Assembly: GCA_038883795.1 (NCBI GenBank)
Contig: JAVZLK010000004.1
Span: forward strand, 52,795-116,794
Origin: Candidatus Bathyarchaeia archaeon
Lineage (GTDB): Archaea; Thermoproteota; Bathyarchaeia; Bathyarchaeales; Bathycorpusculaceae
DNA: 64,000 bases
Direction of reading: 5' to 3'
Under the pieces are notes generated by a model. That model did not search any database and was not told where the DNA came from. It saw only the letters and a list, made by a program, of their open reading frames with translations. Shown here in pieces: positions 1 to 9,563 of this stretch (positions are counted from its first letter, which is position 1; each line of letters begins with the position of its first letter). The position numbers and the translations under genes were made by a program.

Positions 1-311
1 TAATGAAAAGTGGAGGAATACTCAAAGGGAGAAAAATAGCTGAAATCGCCGAAGCCGCTGGCATACCGTGCATGATAGGATGCATGGGAGAATCCGAAAT
101 AGGCATAGCTGCAGGAGCCCATTTGGCTGCCGCAGTAAAAAACATACAATACGCAGACTTAGACTCAGACATTCTTTTAAGAGATAAACTTGTCAAAAAG
201 GGTGGAACAAAAGTCAAAAATTCCATGCGAACATTTCCAAAACAAAATGGTTTAGGCATAAAAGAGTTGGACGAAAGCTTGTTAGGAAAGCCCAAAAAGA
301 TTTACAAATAA
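1..311 (+). CDS. Enolase-superfamily enzyme (L-Ala-D/L-Glu dipeptide epimerase / muconate lactonizing-like), C-terminal fragment, 5'-truncated by window
   Basis: MKSGGI...CMIGCMGES...AHLAAA...YADLDS motifs typical of the dipeptide epimerase C-terminus; frame runs off window start. Confidence 0.8.
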   Translation, partial: MKSGGILKGRKIAEIAEAAGIPCMIGCMGESEIGIAAGAHLAAAVKNIQYADLDSDILLRDKLVKKGGTKVKNSMRTFPKQNGLGIKELDESLLGKPKKIYK

Positions 312-347
312 CTAATTTTTACTAAAATTAAAGGAGTAAATAACAAA

Positions 348-1337
348 TTGGTTTCTCTTAGGGCTTTAGCCCCTTCATTAACACGTATCACTATTGCTGC
401 TGCAGTTGGAGCGGCATTACATATAGGACAAGGCAGCCCAGACTTGATAGATGCAAAGGCTGTGGAATTTTCAAGGGCTGTCCTCGCTCAAACAGACGTT
501 GAAGGCGAAGTCATATCATGCGAAGGTCCAAAAGACAATGCCCCAGCTTTTATGAAAAGAGAAAGAGTTGGAACTCGAAAAGGTCCTAAAGTGGAGTTTG
601 TCATAGACCCTGTGGACGGAAGCACAGCCGCATCGAAAGGCAGAAAAGACGCCATCTCTGCCCTTGCTTGTGCACCCGCTGGCTGCTTTCAAGTTCTTCC
701 AGACGACGGATACTATTTCAAAGTGGCAACCGATTATCGCTCTATTGGCAAAATCTCCCTTGACATGTCCATCGAAGAGATAGTGCGCACAGTCGCCAAC
801 GAAAAGAGTTTGCCCCTTGAAAACTTCACAGTTATAATGTTGGAACGAGAAAGACATTTGGAAATTCTTAAAACTCTTAGAAAATTGGGTGTGAGAATAA
901 TTTTGATTCCAGACGGGGACATAGCAGCAGCCGTGGCCACATGCATCCCAAGCTCAGGCGTCGACCTCCTATTAGGTGCGGGTGCTGGACCAGAAGCAAC
1001 CATAGCAGCAACAGCCGTAAAATGCCTAGGCGGAACGATGCTCGTAAAAGTTTGGCAAGACAAAAGAGACGACCCAAAAAGGCTGGAAAGACTAGAAAAG
1101 GAAGGCGTTGACGCAGAAAAAGTTTACAATCAAGATGAGTTGGCAAAGGGCAACGAACTGGTTTTTGCCGCCTCAGGCGTAACAAAAGGCGAACTTTTAG
1201 ACGGCGTCCGCTTCATCCCAAACGGAGCCATAGTGAACTCCATCTGCATGAGACTACCAAGCGGAACGGTGGAAAAATCAGAAACAACATTGCGATTTAA
1301 AGCCCACCCCATATACAAACACTTCATAATAAAATAA
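348..1337 (+). CDS. glpX: Class II fructose-1,6-bisphosphatase (GlpX family)
   Basis: EGPKDNAP, IDPVDGST, LERERH, IPDGDIAAA, GAGPEATIAA, FAASGVTKGELLDGV match GlpX motifs. Confidence 0.85.
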   Translation: MVSLRALAPSLTRITIAAAVGAALHIGQGSPDLIDAKAVEFSRAVLAQTDVEGEVISCEGPKDNAPAFMKRERVGTRKGPKVEFVIDPVDGSTAASKGRKDAISALACAPAGCFQVLPDDGYYFKVATDYRSIGKISLDMSIEEIVRTVANEKSLPLENFTVIMLERERHLEILKTLRKLGVRIILIPDGDIAAAVATCIPSSGVDLLLGAGAGPEATIAATAVKCLGGTMLVKVWQDKRDDPKRLERLEKEGVDAEKVYNQDELAKGNELVFAASGVTKGELLDGVRFIPNGAIVNSICMRLPSGTVEKSETTLRFKAHPIYKHFIIK

Positions 1338-1413
1338 CTGTCAAAAGCATGTGCATACAAAACTACGAGATTAATTTTGTATTTTAACCAAAAAGGGAGA
1401 ATAGTTATAATAA

Positions 1414-1715
1414 TTATGGTTGACGCCTGTGATTTTTCTTTGTTAACATTGCAAGTAAAATTATAATGACTTGTATAAACGACATCATAGCGGGGGTGAA
1501 TTCGGGAATAATTATATTACTGAATAAATATGCAATGTAAGTTGGGTCATGTTGAATCTCTAACCCATCCCAAACAGGATAACAGATTCTGTAAAGTAAT
1601 GCTGAAGCGTTGCAGTCTAACTCAGTTTTCCGCCAATGTCACCCATGGAGGGAAACAAGGCGCTAATGTTTAAGTTATTCTCACCAGAAGAGCCAGCGCG
1701 CAATAGGATTAAAAT
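1414..1715 (-). pseudogene. 3' relic of a PEF-CTERM-type surface protein gene
   Basis: Manual translation of minus strand 1620-1414: LDCNASALLYRICYPVWDGLEIQHDPTYIAYLFSNIIIPEFTPAMMSFIQVIIILLAMLTKKNHRRQP*. It has PEF + TM + basic tail but no in-frame start before the motif; upstream continuation is in another frame; 5' boundary approximate. Confidence 0.6.
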
Positions 1716-1774
1716 TTATCTTAAAAAGGTATAAGCTAAACTTCCAGCATCCTATACTTATACAAAAATTTAAG

Positions 1775-1849
1775 TGGGCCGGACCGGATTTGAACCGGTG
1801 ACCTTCCGCACGTCAAGCGGATGTCCTAACCGAGCTAGACTACCGGCCC
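1775..1849 (-). tRNA. tRNA-Val(GAC)
   Basis: GGGCCGG/CCGGCCC acceptor stem, anticodon arm TCCGC-TTGACGT-GCGGA, T arm GGTTCAAATCC; no intron; full CCA not encoded. Confidence 0.95.
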
Positions 1850-1961
1850 GCTGGCTTTTGCATTCTTATTTGATAATTTTTCTTTTAAAATAGGTTTTCG
1901 GTTTTATAGCGAATAAGTAAACATTTTAAGATGGAGCGGATTAGATGAGCATGCCTATTAA

Positions 1962-2049
1962 GCCGGGATGGCGGAGTGGATAACGCGCAGGCCTTGAGAG
2001 CCTGTGGCCCTTTGGGGCCGCGTGGGTTCGAGTCCCACTCCCGGCGCCA
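1962..2049 (+). tRNA. tRNA-Ser(TGA)
   Basis: GCCGGGA/TCCCGGC acceptor, anticodon arm CAGGC-CTTGAGA-GCCTG, long variable arm GGCCC-TTTG-GGGCC, GGTTCGAGTCC, G discriminator + encoded CCA. Confidence 0.96.
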
Positions 2050-2060
2050 AAATATTTGAA

Positions 2061-4309
2061 TTATGTTTGAAATATTGAAGTTGGGCTTTGTTTTCTGTGC
2101 TTTTGCTTTGCGAAAACTATGGTTATTATAGAGAGAACTGGAAACAGTGTTAAGATAATGGCTTTTGGAAACTCGGAGACTATGGTTACTTGGTGGTTTG
2201 AATGAGTATAGTTTATGTATATATATGCGTGTGCCGTGTCTGTCCAGTTTCTGAAGGGCCATGGTTCACCGTTTAAGAGGACTGTGTAGTTGCTTTGCCA
2301 AAATTCTTGGATGATGATGTTTGGAATGATTATTCTGCAGAAGCCATTTGTGGGTTGCAAGCCGCTGACGTTGAAGCTTATTATTTTTTGGTCAGCGTCT
2401 ATCTGAAAGTTTGAGAGTGTTGAGTTGCTTATGATGTCAATGGTGTATGGTATTTGGTTCCATGTTCCAGCCTCAAAAACGTTTATTGGTCCCATTAGGG
2501 GGTATCTATCTGTATTGTTCTCGTTGATGCCATAAGGAGAGTCGCTTATCCCGTCGCTTCCAATTTCATCTTGATTGAGCCCACTTTTTTCATCAACGCC
2601 TGTGTGGTCGCTCCAGTAGTTTCCGCCAGAAGGATAGCCGTTATCCCAAGTGTTTGGAGCACCATCGCTGCTGACTTGTTGAGTATTGTTTAGGAAATTG
2701 TTATGGTATATGATGTTGTTTTCCGATTCTTCCAAGCGTATGCCTTCAGTGTTGTTTGCTATGGTGTTTTCATATATGATGTTGTCGTTTGTTTCAGAAT
2801 ATGCATAAATTCCATATTCATTGCTTGTTATGTTATTTTGATATACAATGTTTTTTGAGGCGTTGGAAAATTCGATTCCGTATTCGCCGTTTGCCAGGTT
2901 GTTTGCGTATATGAGGTTTTCGGATGAGTCGCTAATGACAATGCAAGTGTAGGATACTGAAATTTTATTTTGGCTGATGATTGCGCTTGAATAATATAGG
3001 TCAATTCCGCAGTCACCGCCTCTAATTTCATTTTTAAATATCGTGCAGTTTGAAGAGTAACCCAGTTCTATGCCAATATTTCCATTTTCTTCTAGTGTAT
3101 TTTCGCTGATTGTGTTGTTTAGGGAACTTTTAAGGTAAATGCCACCATGATTTCTTTGAAAACTGTTTTGGGTTATCGTGTTATTTGATAATTTGAGGAG
3201 TCGTATTCCAACATCGTTGCTTGTTAAATTGTTATTTTGAATTTTCGAATTATTTGTATAAGCTATTAAGATTCCTTCTCTGCTTTTTGTTAGATTTTGC
3301 CCTTCAATTGTGATGTCTGTTGAGTTTATTAGGGCAAGATAACCAATTTTGGGATGTGTTGAAGCGTTAATGGTTAGGTTTTTTGGTTAATTAAGTAGTA
3401 GACTGGTTTGCCGTCCACAAGATTTGATGTATCAATAGAATGTAGATAATAATCCAGCTCTTCTCCTCCCACACTTAATCCATAACCATTATCATTCAGC
3501 AAATTATCAGACAAGAAAATGTTTCTGCATTCATAGAGGCTTATTCCATCCGATTCTTGGGCTGTCACATTGTTTTGGTAAATCTTCGTATTATTGCAAT
3601 TAGAAAGCTCTATCCCCCTAAAACTCTCAGTTATGTTGTTTCCATAAATTTGGTTATCCGCTGATATATAAAAGGCGATGCAAGCACCAGTTTTTGAAAA
3701 CGTGTTTTCGGAAATGGTAGCATTATATGAATAAACAAGATTCATACCACGATTAAGATTGCTCGTAATATTATTTCCAGAAATTGTGTCATTGAAAGAA
3801 TACCTGAAACTGAGACCTACACTGCTTTCTGCTATTTGGTTTCCAGAAATTATGGTTTTAGAAGTATTATAGCCTAAAAGACCATAGTCATAGTTATCGA
3901 GAATGCTGTTTTCAAAAATTTTTATGTCGGATGTTGAGCTTAGATTAATGCCAACCCAGAAATCCTTCACGATTACGTTTGCAATTGTAACATTGCTTAA
4001 ATTTTGTAAAGAAATTCCAACGGACAAATAGAGTTTTTTGCCTTGGACTGCGAAACCATTTCCGTCAATGATTATGTTGCTTCTTTCCACAACTATCGGG
4101 TAATAATTCGTGCCATTAAACGTGTAAGTGGTATTATCATATGTGGTAACGTTTGCCTCTGGGGGTTCAATTGCACCATTGGCCCTAATATAAATTGTTC
4201 CATTTGTCGCCTCGGTTGGTTGAATATCGTTTACAATCCTCAACATGCTGACAAATAGCAGCGCCAACATTATCCAAACAATTGCACTACTTTTCAACAC
4301 ATATTCCAC
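2061..4309 (-). pseudogene. Secreted parallel beta-helix (NosD/CASH) surface protein with PEF-CTERM-like tail, interrupted by a single frameshift at A6 (3379-3384)
   Basis: ORF 3374-4309 (signal peptide, TIYIRANG, NosD repeats, SNLVDGKPVYYL) and ORF 2061-2735 (WDNGYPSGGNYWSD, DRYPLM, VSEFP+TM+KQKHRK) are joined by a frame that I translated as stop-free from 3386 to 2061; one extra A gives 749 aa. Confidence 0.85.
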
Positions 4310-4330
4310 CTTTTCCCTCTTATGATTTTA

Positions 4331-4405
4331 AGCCTTCAGAATCCGACTAACCAGCCCGTCGCACCTACATAGGAGCGCAAAGCCAATAAGCCAGAAACGA
4401 AGGCT
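4331..4405 (-). ncRNA. Putative structured 5' leader RNA (long G-U-rich hairpin) upstream of the beta-helix surface protein gene
   Basis: Minus strand AGCCTTC/GAAGGCT, TCTGGCT/AGTCGGA, ATTGGCTT/GGGCTGGT, CGCTCCT/AGGTGCG nested stems; many pairs are G-U on the minus strand only; lies between a TATA-like box and the start codon. Confidence 0.45.
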
Positions 4406-4433
4406 ATATGCCTCAAGAATTCTTCTTAGACGC

Positions 4434-4446
4434 TTTTAAAATTTAT
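4434..4446 (-). promoter_or_regulatory. Putative TATA box for the beta-helix surface protein gene
   Basis: Minus strand ...TAAATTTTAAAAGCG, about 30 nt upstream of the hairpin start. Confidence 0.4.
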
Positions 4447-4495
4447 GGATAAAAATTCATGGCATCTATTTCAATAAAAAGGGTTGGTTAGGTGG

Positions 4496-6574
4496 TTATA
4501 GGCCTAAAAGTTTTAGGAGGTTGTAGTTTGCGATTAGCACGGCGAATAGTGAAGCTACTAGGGACATGACTGTTATCATCGTGTTTAGGGATGGTCCTGC
4601 TGTGTCTTTGAATGGGTCGCCTACTGTGTCGCCTACTACTGCTGCTTTGTGGGCTTCTGAGCCTTTTCCGCCGTGTTCTCCTGATTCTATTAGTTTTTTG
4701 GCGTTGTCCCATAGGCCGCCCGCATTAGCCATCAGCAAAGCGAAGAGTAAGCCGCTGAATATCGTTCCAGCCAGGTATCCGCCTAGGGCTTCTATGCCGC
4801 CCACAAAGCCAACAATTAGTGTTACGCTTATGGCTACGAGGCTTGCTGGCATAAGCTCTTTTATGGCGCCCACCGTAGCAATGTCAACGCATCTGGCATA
4901 GTCGGGTTTTACGCCTTCTTTGCCTTCTCTTAACCCTGGAATCTCGTTAAACTGTCGTCTAATTTCTTCAATCATTCGGAAGGCATTTCTGCCCACGCCA
5001 AGCATAACCATAGCTGAGAATACTGCTGGCATGGCTATGCCTATCAATGCACCTAACAAAACCAGCGGGTTCATGAGGTTGAATGATGGGTTTACACCAG
5101 CGCTTTGGGCTCTTTCTTGGAATGCAGCTAAAAGCGCAATGACGGTAAGTCCTGCTGCGCCTATGGCGAAGCCTTTTGTTATGGCTTTGGCTGTGTTGCC
5201 CGCAGCATCCATTTCGTCTGTTACTCGTATGACTTCTTCGCTGAGTCCGCCTTGCATGGCTATACCCCTTGAATTGTCAACTATTGGACCGTAAGCGTCA
5301 TTTGATACTATAAGCCCGACTATTGAAAGCATTCCAACCGCTGCCATTCCAATGCCGTATAGGGCGTATTTGTCGCCTAGGGGTGCGCAAAGGAAATAGG
5401 CGATGGCTGAGGCTACGCCTATTCCGATTAGCGGTGGGAAGACGCTGTGTAAGCCATAAGAGAATCCAGTTATGATGTTTGTGGCGGTTCCTGTTAAGGA
5501 TGCCTCAGCTGTTTTCTTGACTGGTGGTTTATCTTCTGACGTGAAATAGTCTGAGGTTGTGCCGATTATTATTCCAGCTATTAAGCCGACAACTGTTGCG
5601 CCCCAAATTCTCAAATCATAATCCAAATAGTAAGATGCCAAAAAGGTTAAAACCGCAAAGATTATGCATGTGATATATGTGCCCATGTTAAGGGCTCTTC
5701 CAGGATTGCCATGTTTGCCAACCCTAACTAATAGTGCGCCCAAAACTGCTGCTATAATGCCTAAACCAGCAAAAACCAATGGAATCTGCGTGAATTTTCC
5801 AGCCGAACCAGCAATTATGTCGATGGCTTCTCCTAGAATCATTACTGCGACTATGCTTGCCACGTAAGAGTCGAAGAGGTCTGCGCCCATTCCAGCCACA
5901 TCGCCCACGTTGTCGCCTACGTTGTCGGCTATTACTGCTGGGTTTCGTGGGTCGTCTTCTGGAATGCCCAACTCCACTTTTCCGACCAAGTCTGCGCTTA
6001 TGTCAGCGGTTTTTGTGTATATGCCTCCCCCAGCCTTGGCAAAAAGAGCCAATGAGCTTGCGCCGAAGCTGTAGCCCAAAACTATTTCTGGATTACCAGT
6101 GACAGCGTAAACTATGCTTATTCCAAGTAAACCTGCACCCACAACGGCCAAGCCCATTACTGCTCCGCCTCGGAAGCCTATTGGAAAAGCTTTATTCAAT
6201 CCTTCCCTCGCTGCGCTAGCTGCTTTTGTGTTAGCCTTTGTTGCAATGCGCAAACCTAAAACGCCAGCAAGGGCTGAACAGAAAGAACCGAATATGTATG
6301 CTAATGTTAGTTCAACATTTTCTATTGGTTTTTGAGTTTGCCATATGGGTTCTGGCAGAAAAATGCACAATAAAACGGCTACTACGGCTACGAATATTGC
6401 TAATACGGTATATTCTCTTCTTATAAAAGCGTTGGCTCCCTCCTCTATTGCAGCGGCAATTTCTTGCATCCGTTTTGTGCCGCTGTCCTGTCTTTTCACA
6501 TAGTAATAGAAGTATGCGCCAACCATAATGGATATCAAAGCTGAAATTGGAGCTATTATCCATGGCTCAAACAT
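4496..6574 (-). CDS. hppA: Membrane-bound pyrophosphatase, probably K+-independent H+-translocating
   Basis: GGIYTKTADISADLVGKVE, PEDDPRNPAVIADNVGDNVGDVAG, GDTVGDPFKDTAGP; GNTAKA has Lys at the K+-dependence position. Confidence 0.95.
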   Translation of the reverse strand: MFEPWIIAPISALISIMVGAYFYYYVKRQDSGTKRMQEIAAAIEEGANAFIRREYTVLAIFVAVVAVLLCIFLPEPIWQTQKPIENVELTLAYIFGSFCSALAGVLGLRIATKANTKAASAAREGLNKAFPIGFRGGAVMGLAVVGAGLLGISIVYAVTGNPEIVLGYSFGASSLALFAKAGGGIYTKTADISADLVGKVELGIPEDDPRNPAVIADNVGDNVGDVAGMGADLFDSYVASIVAVMILGEAIDIIAGSAGKFTQIPLVFAGLGIIAAVLGALLVRVGKHGNPGRALNMGTYITCIIFAVLTFLASYYLDYDLRIWGATVVGLIAGIIIGTTSDYFTSEDKPPVKKTAEASLTGTATNIITGFSYGLHSVFPPLIGIGVASAIAYFLCAPLGDKYALYGIGMAAVGMLSIVGLIVSNDAYGPIVDNSRGIAMQGGLSEEVIRVTDEMDAAGNTAKAITKGFAIGAAGLTVIALLAAFQERAQSAGVNPSFNLMNPLVLLGALIGIAMPAVFSAMVMLGVGRNAFRMIEEIRRQFNEIPGLREGKEGVKPDYARCVDIATVGAIKELMPASLVAISVTLIVGFVGGIEALGGYLAGTIFSGLLFALLMANAGGLWDNAKKLIESGEHGGKGSEAHKAAVVGDTVGDPFKDTAGPSLNTMITVMSLVASLFAVLIANYNLLKLLGL

Positions 6575-6689
6575 CCTTTCACCTCAACGGAATCTTTCTA
6601 TTTATTTTAAATACCTTTAGAGTGAAGTACAAAATTGCTTATAAACTTATTTCCCAAACATGTGTCCTTTTTAGAAAAGATTATATCTA

Positions 6690-9497
6690 ATGATTTTTAA
6701 CACAATAGAAGGTCTATTGGATAAAAGAAGGATGGTGATTAAAACGTCAAAGCCATGGCATGCGATGGAAATTGAAGAAACTTTAAAGGCTTTGAACACT
6801 TCGGAGAATGGCTTAACCCAAGAGGAAGTGCAAAAGCGCCTACAAGAATATGGACCTAATGAGCTTAAGAAGGAGAAGGGAATATCGCCAATAAGGCTTT
6901 TCATAGAACAGTTTACAGACATACTTATCATAATATTGCTAATTGCCACAGGGCTCTCCATATACTTAGGCGAAATTACCGATGCCATCGTCATAATCGC
7001 CATCGTCCTAGCCTGCGCAATTCTGGGTTTTGTAGAAGAATACCGTTCGGAAAAAGCTTTAGAAGCATTAAAGAAGATGACGGCGCCGACAGCCATGGTT
7101 TTAAGGGATGGAAAAGAGGTTAAGGTTCAAGCAAGCGAAATCGTTCCAGGCGACATAATCCTATTATATACAGGCGACAAGGTTCCGGCTGACGCCAGAC
7201 TTATTGAGGCAATCAACCTAAAAATGGATGAAGCACCATTAACCGGAGAGTCCACACCCGTAAACAAGAGTGTGGATCCCTTACCTGAAGAAACTGGGCT
7301 TCCTGAAAGGCGAAATTTTGTTTTTACTGGAACGGCTGTTGTTTATGGGCGTGGGAAAGCTGTTGTTACTTCAACTGGAATGAACACTGAGTTTGGAAAA
7401 ATAGCTAAAATGGTTCAAGTAACAGAAGAGGAGGAGACTCCTCTTGAAAAGCGTATGGCTTCTGTTGGGAAATGGATTGGAATTTTATGCATAGCCGTTT
7501 GCCTAACGGTAGCAGGCATAGGTATAGCGGAAGGACGCAATCCTCTTGACATGATTTTGTGGGGTGTAAGCCTTGCTGTTGCTGCAGTTCCAGAAGCATT
7601 ACCCGCCATAGTAACAGGCGCCCTCGCTGTTGGCATGTACCGCATGGCTAAGGTAAACACAATCGTCAGGAGACTTCCAGCTGTTGAAACATTGGGATGT
7701 ACAAGCGTCATCTGCGCCGACAAAACTGGAACAATGACCAAAGGCGAAATGACTGTTCAAAGGATATACGTAAATGACCAAACAATCAAAGTTTCAGGAG
7801 TAGGCTACGAACCACAAGGCGAATTCATATTCGAAGACAAAAAATTGGATCCAGCACAAGAAGAGGAACTTGTGGCGCTTTTAAAGATTTCAGCGTTGTG
7901 CAATGATGCAAAGTTGGAAAAGGAAAAAGAAAGTGGGAGATGGATAATTAAAGGCGATCCCACAGAGGGAGCTTTGGTTGTTGCTGCAGCCAAGGCTGGA
8001 TTATGGAAAGAAGAATTGGAAAAAGAAACTCCAAGGATAGGTGAGGTTCCGTTTTCTTCTGAAAGAAAACGCATGACCACCGTTCACTTTACATCTAAAA
8101 AGAAAATGGCTTTCATGAAAGGAGCACCTGAAATAGTTTTGGAAAAATGCACAAGGATTCTTTCAAAGGGAAAAGTGCGCAAAATAACAGAAGAGGACAA
8201 AGAAAAAATACTGAAAGTAAACGAAGCTATGGCAATGCAAGCATTGAGAAATTTGGGCTTCGCCTACAAGGAATTGCCAGAATCTGCAACAAGTTTTGAT
8301 GAGAAAATTGAGAATGATATGACTTTTGTTGGAATAATGGGGATGATTGACCCTCCAAGGGAAGAAGTGAAGGATGCAATTTCGCTTTGCAGAAACGCCG
8401 GAATCAAGGTTGTTATGGTAACTGGTGACCACAAACTTACTGCGGTTGCTGTGGCAAAAGAACTCAACTTAATAGGCGAAAATGAATCGTCGAGTCAAGT
8501 GCTTACTGGTCAAGAGTTGGACAAAATAAGTGATGAACAGCTAACCCAAATGGTTGAAAACGTTGTGATTTATGCTCGTGTTTCGCCTGAACATAAAATG
8601 AGGATTGTTAAGGCTTGGAAAGCGAAAGGATATGTTGTTGCAATGACTGGTGACGGCGTAAACGATGCACCAGCCCTAAAATTGTCAGACATAGGTGTCG
8701 CCATGGGAATCACGGGTACAGAAGTAACGAAAGAAGCTTCAGACATGGTTTTAACAGATGACAATTTTGCATCAATTGTTAAGGCTGTCAAAGAAGGACG
8801 CGAAATCTATGATAACATAAAGAAATACTTAACCTATTTGCTCCGATGCAACGTTATGGAAATCCTCGTAATGTTCATAGTAATGGTAAGCGTTCCGTAC
8901 TTGGCAGGTTCAGCCTATCAAGTAGGCGAAGATCCGAAACTTTCTCCAACAGTTGCCTTGACCGCAATACAGCTTTTATGGGTTAATTTGACAACGGATG
9001 GTTTACCAGCCTTAGCCTTGGGGATAGATCCAGGCGATCCAGATTTGATGGAAAGGAAACCTAGAGATCCAAATGAGAGCGTTTTCACACGCGACGTTAA
9101 ACTATATCTGACATTAGTGCCCATTCTAATGACTGTGCTGCTTCTATACGGCTATTTTATGCATCAACCGTGGTTAGGCGAATACAACTTGCTTGAGGCT
9201 AGGACGCAGTTGCTTACGGCCATGATCTTAATGGAGTTGGCAAATGCCATATCCGCCCGTTCACTAAAATATACCGTATTCAAAGTAGGTGTCTTCAAAA
9301 ACAAGTTCCTTTGGGTTGCAATTCTCTCATCTTTAGGACTTCAACTAATGGTTCTTTACACACCAGTTCTTCAAGACTTGTTTGATGTGCACGCTCCAGA
9401 ACCCATAGACTGGGCAATCGCAATATTATTTACAGCAATAGTCTTCGGCTCGTTAGAAATAGGAAAGTATGTTGCAAGTAAGAAACGGAAGGCGTAA
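6690..9497 (+). CDS. Cation-transporting P-type ATPase (P2A/PacL-like, Ca2+ type)
   Basis: LTGES, AVPEALP, DKTGT, KGAPE, DPPR, TGD, GDGVNDAPAL, LWVNLTTDGLPALAL. Confidence 0.93.
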   Translation: MIFNTIEGLLDKRRMVIKTSKPWHAMEIEETLKALNTSENGLTQEEVQKRLQEYGPNELKKEKGISPIRLFIEQFTDILIIILLIATGLSIYLGEITDAIVIIAIVLACAILGFVEEYRSEKALEALKKMTAPTAMVLRDGKEVKVQASEIVPGDIILLYTGDKVPADARLIEAINLKMDEAPLTGESTPVNKSVDPLPEETGLPERRNFVFTGTAVVYGRGKAVVTSTGMNTEFGKIAKMVQVTEEEETPLEKRMASVGKWIGILCIAVCLTVAGIGIAEGRNPLDMILWGVSLAVAAVPEALPAIVTGALAVGMYRMAKVNTIVRRLPAVETLGCTSVICADKTGTMTKGEMTVQRIYVNDQTIKVSGVGYEPQGEFIFEDKKLDPAQEEELVALLKISALCNDAKLEKEKESGRWIIKGDPTEGALVVAAAKAGLWKEELEKETPRIGEVPFSSERKRMTTVHFTSKKKMAFMKGAPEIVLEKCTRILSKGKVRKITEEDKEKILKVNEAMAMQALRNLGFAYKELPESATSFDEKIENDMTFVGIMGMIDPPREEVKDAISLCRNAGIKVVMVTGDHKLTAVAVAKELNLIGENESSSQVLTGQELDKISDEQLTQMVENVVIYARVSPEHKMRIVKAWKAKGYVVAMTGDGVNDAPALKLSDIGVAMGITGTEVTKEASDMVLTDDNFASIVKAVKEGREIYDNIKKYLTYLLRCNVMEILVMFIVMVSVPYLAGSAYQVGEDPKLSPTVALTAIQLLWVNLTTDGLPALALGIDPGDPDLMERKPRDPNESVFTRDVKLYLTLVPILMTVLLLYGYFMHQPWLGEYNLLEARTQLLTAMILMELANAISARSLKYTVFKVGVFKNKFLWVAILSSLGLQLMVLYTPVLQDLFDVHAPEPIDWAIAILFTAIVFGSLEIGKYVASKKRKA

Positions 9498-9563
9498 CCG
9501 GAAAAGCATATATCCCTAACCCATTTTTATGTAAGGCTTTCACAACAAAAGAAGGATTAAAGC

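Noticed and set aside
1885-2262. 125-aa minus-strand ORF containing WRREWDSNPR
   Set aside because: It is the antisense translation of tRNA-Ser plus an off-frame read of the surface-protein gene.
2828-3031. 67-aa ORF between the two halves of the beta-helix gene
   Set aside because: Off-frame shadow; the real coding frame (3386-2061) runs through this region.
3377-3386. Canonical programmed -1 ribosomal frameshift
   Set aside because: Zero-frame codons CAA AAA ACC do not form an in-phase X XXY YYZ heptamer and I saw no stimulatory structure; DNA/RNA slippage or error is more plausible.
4488-9124. Numerous 60-140 aa ORFs overlapping hppA and the P-type ATPase (similar ones occur over most large genes)
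   Set aside because: Antisense or alternate-frame shadows of well-supported genes, with no motifs.
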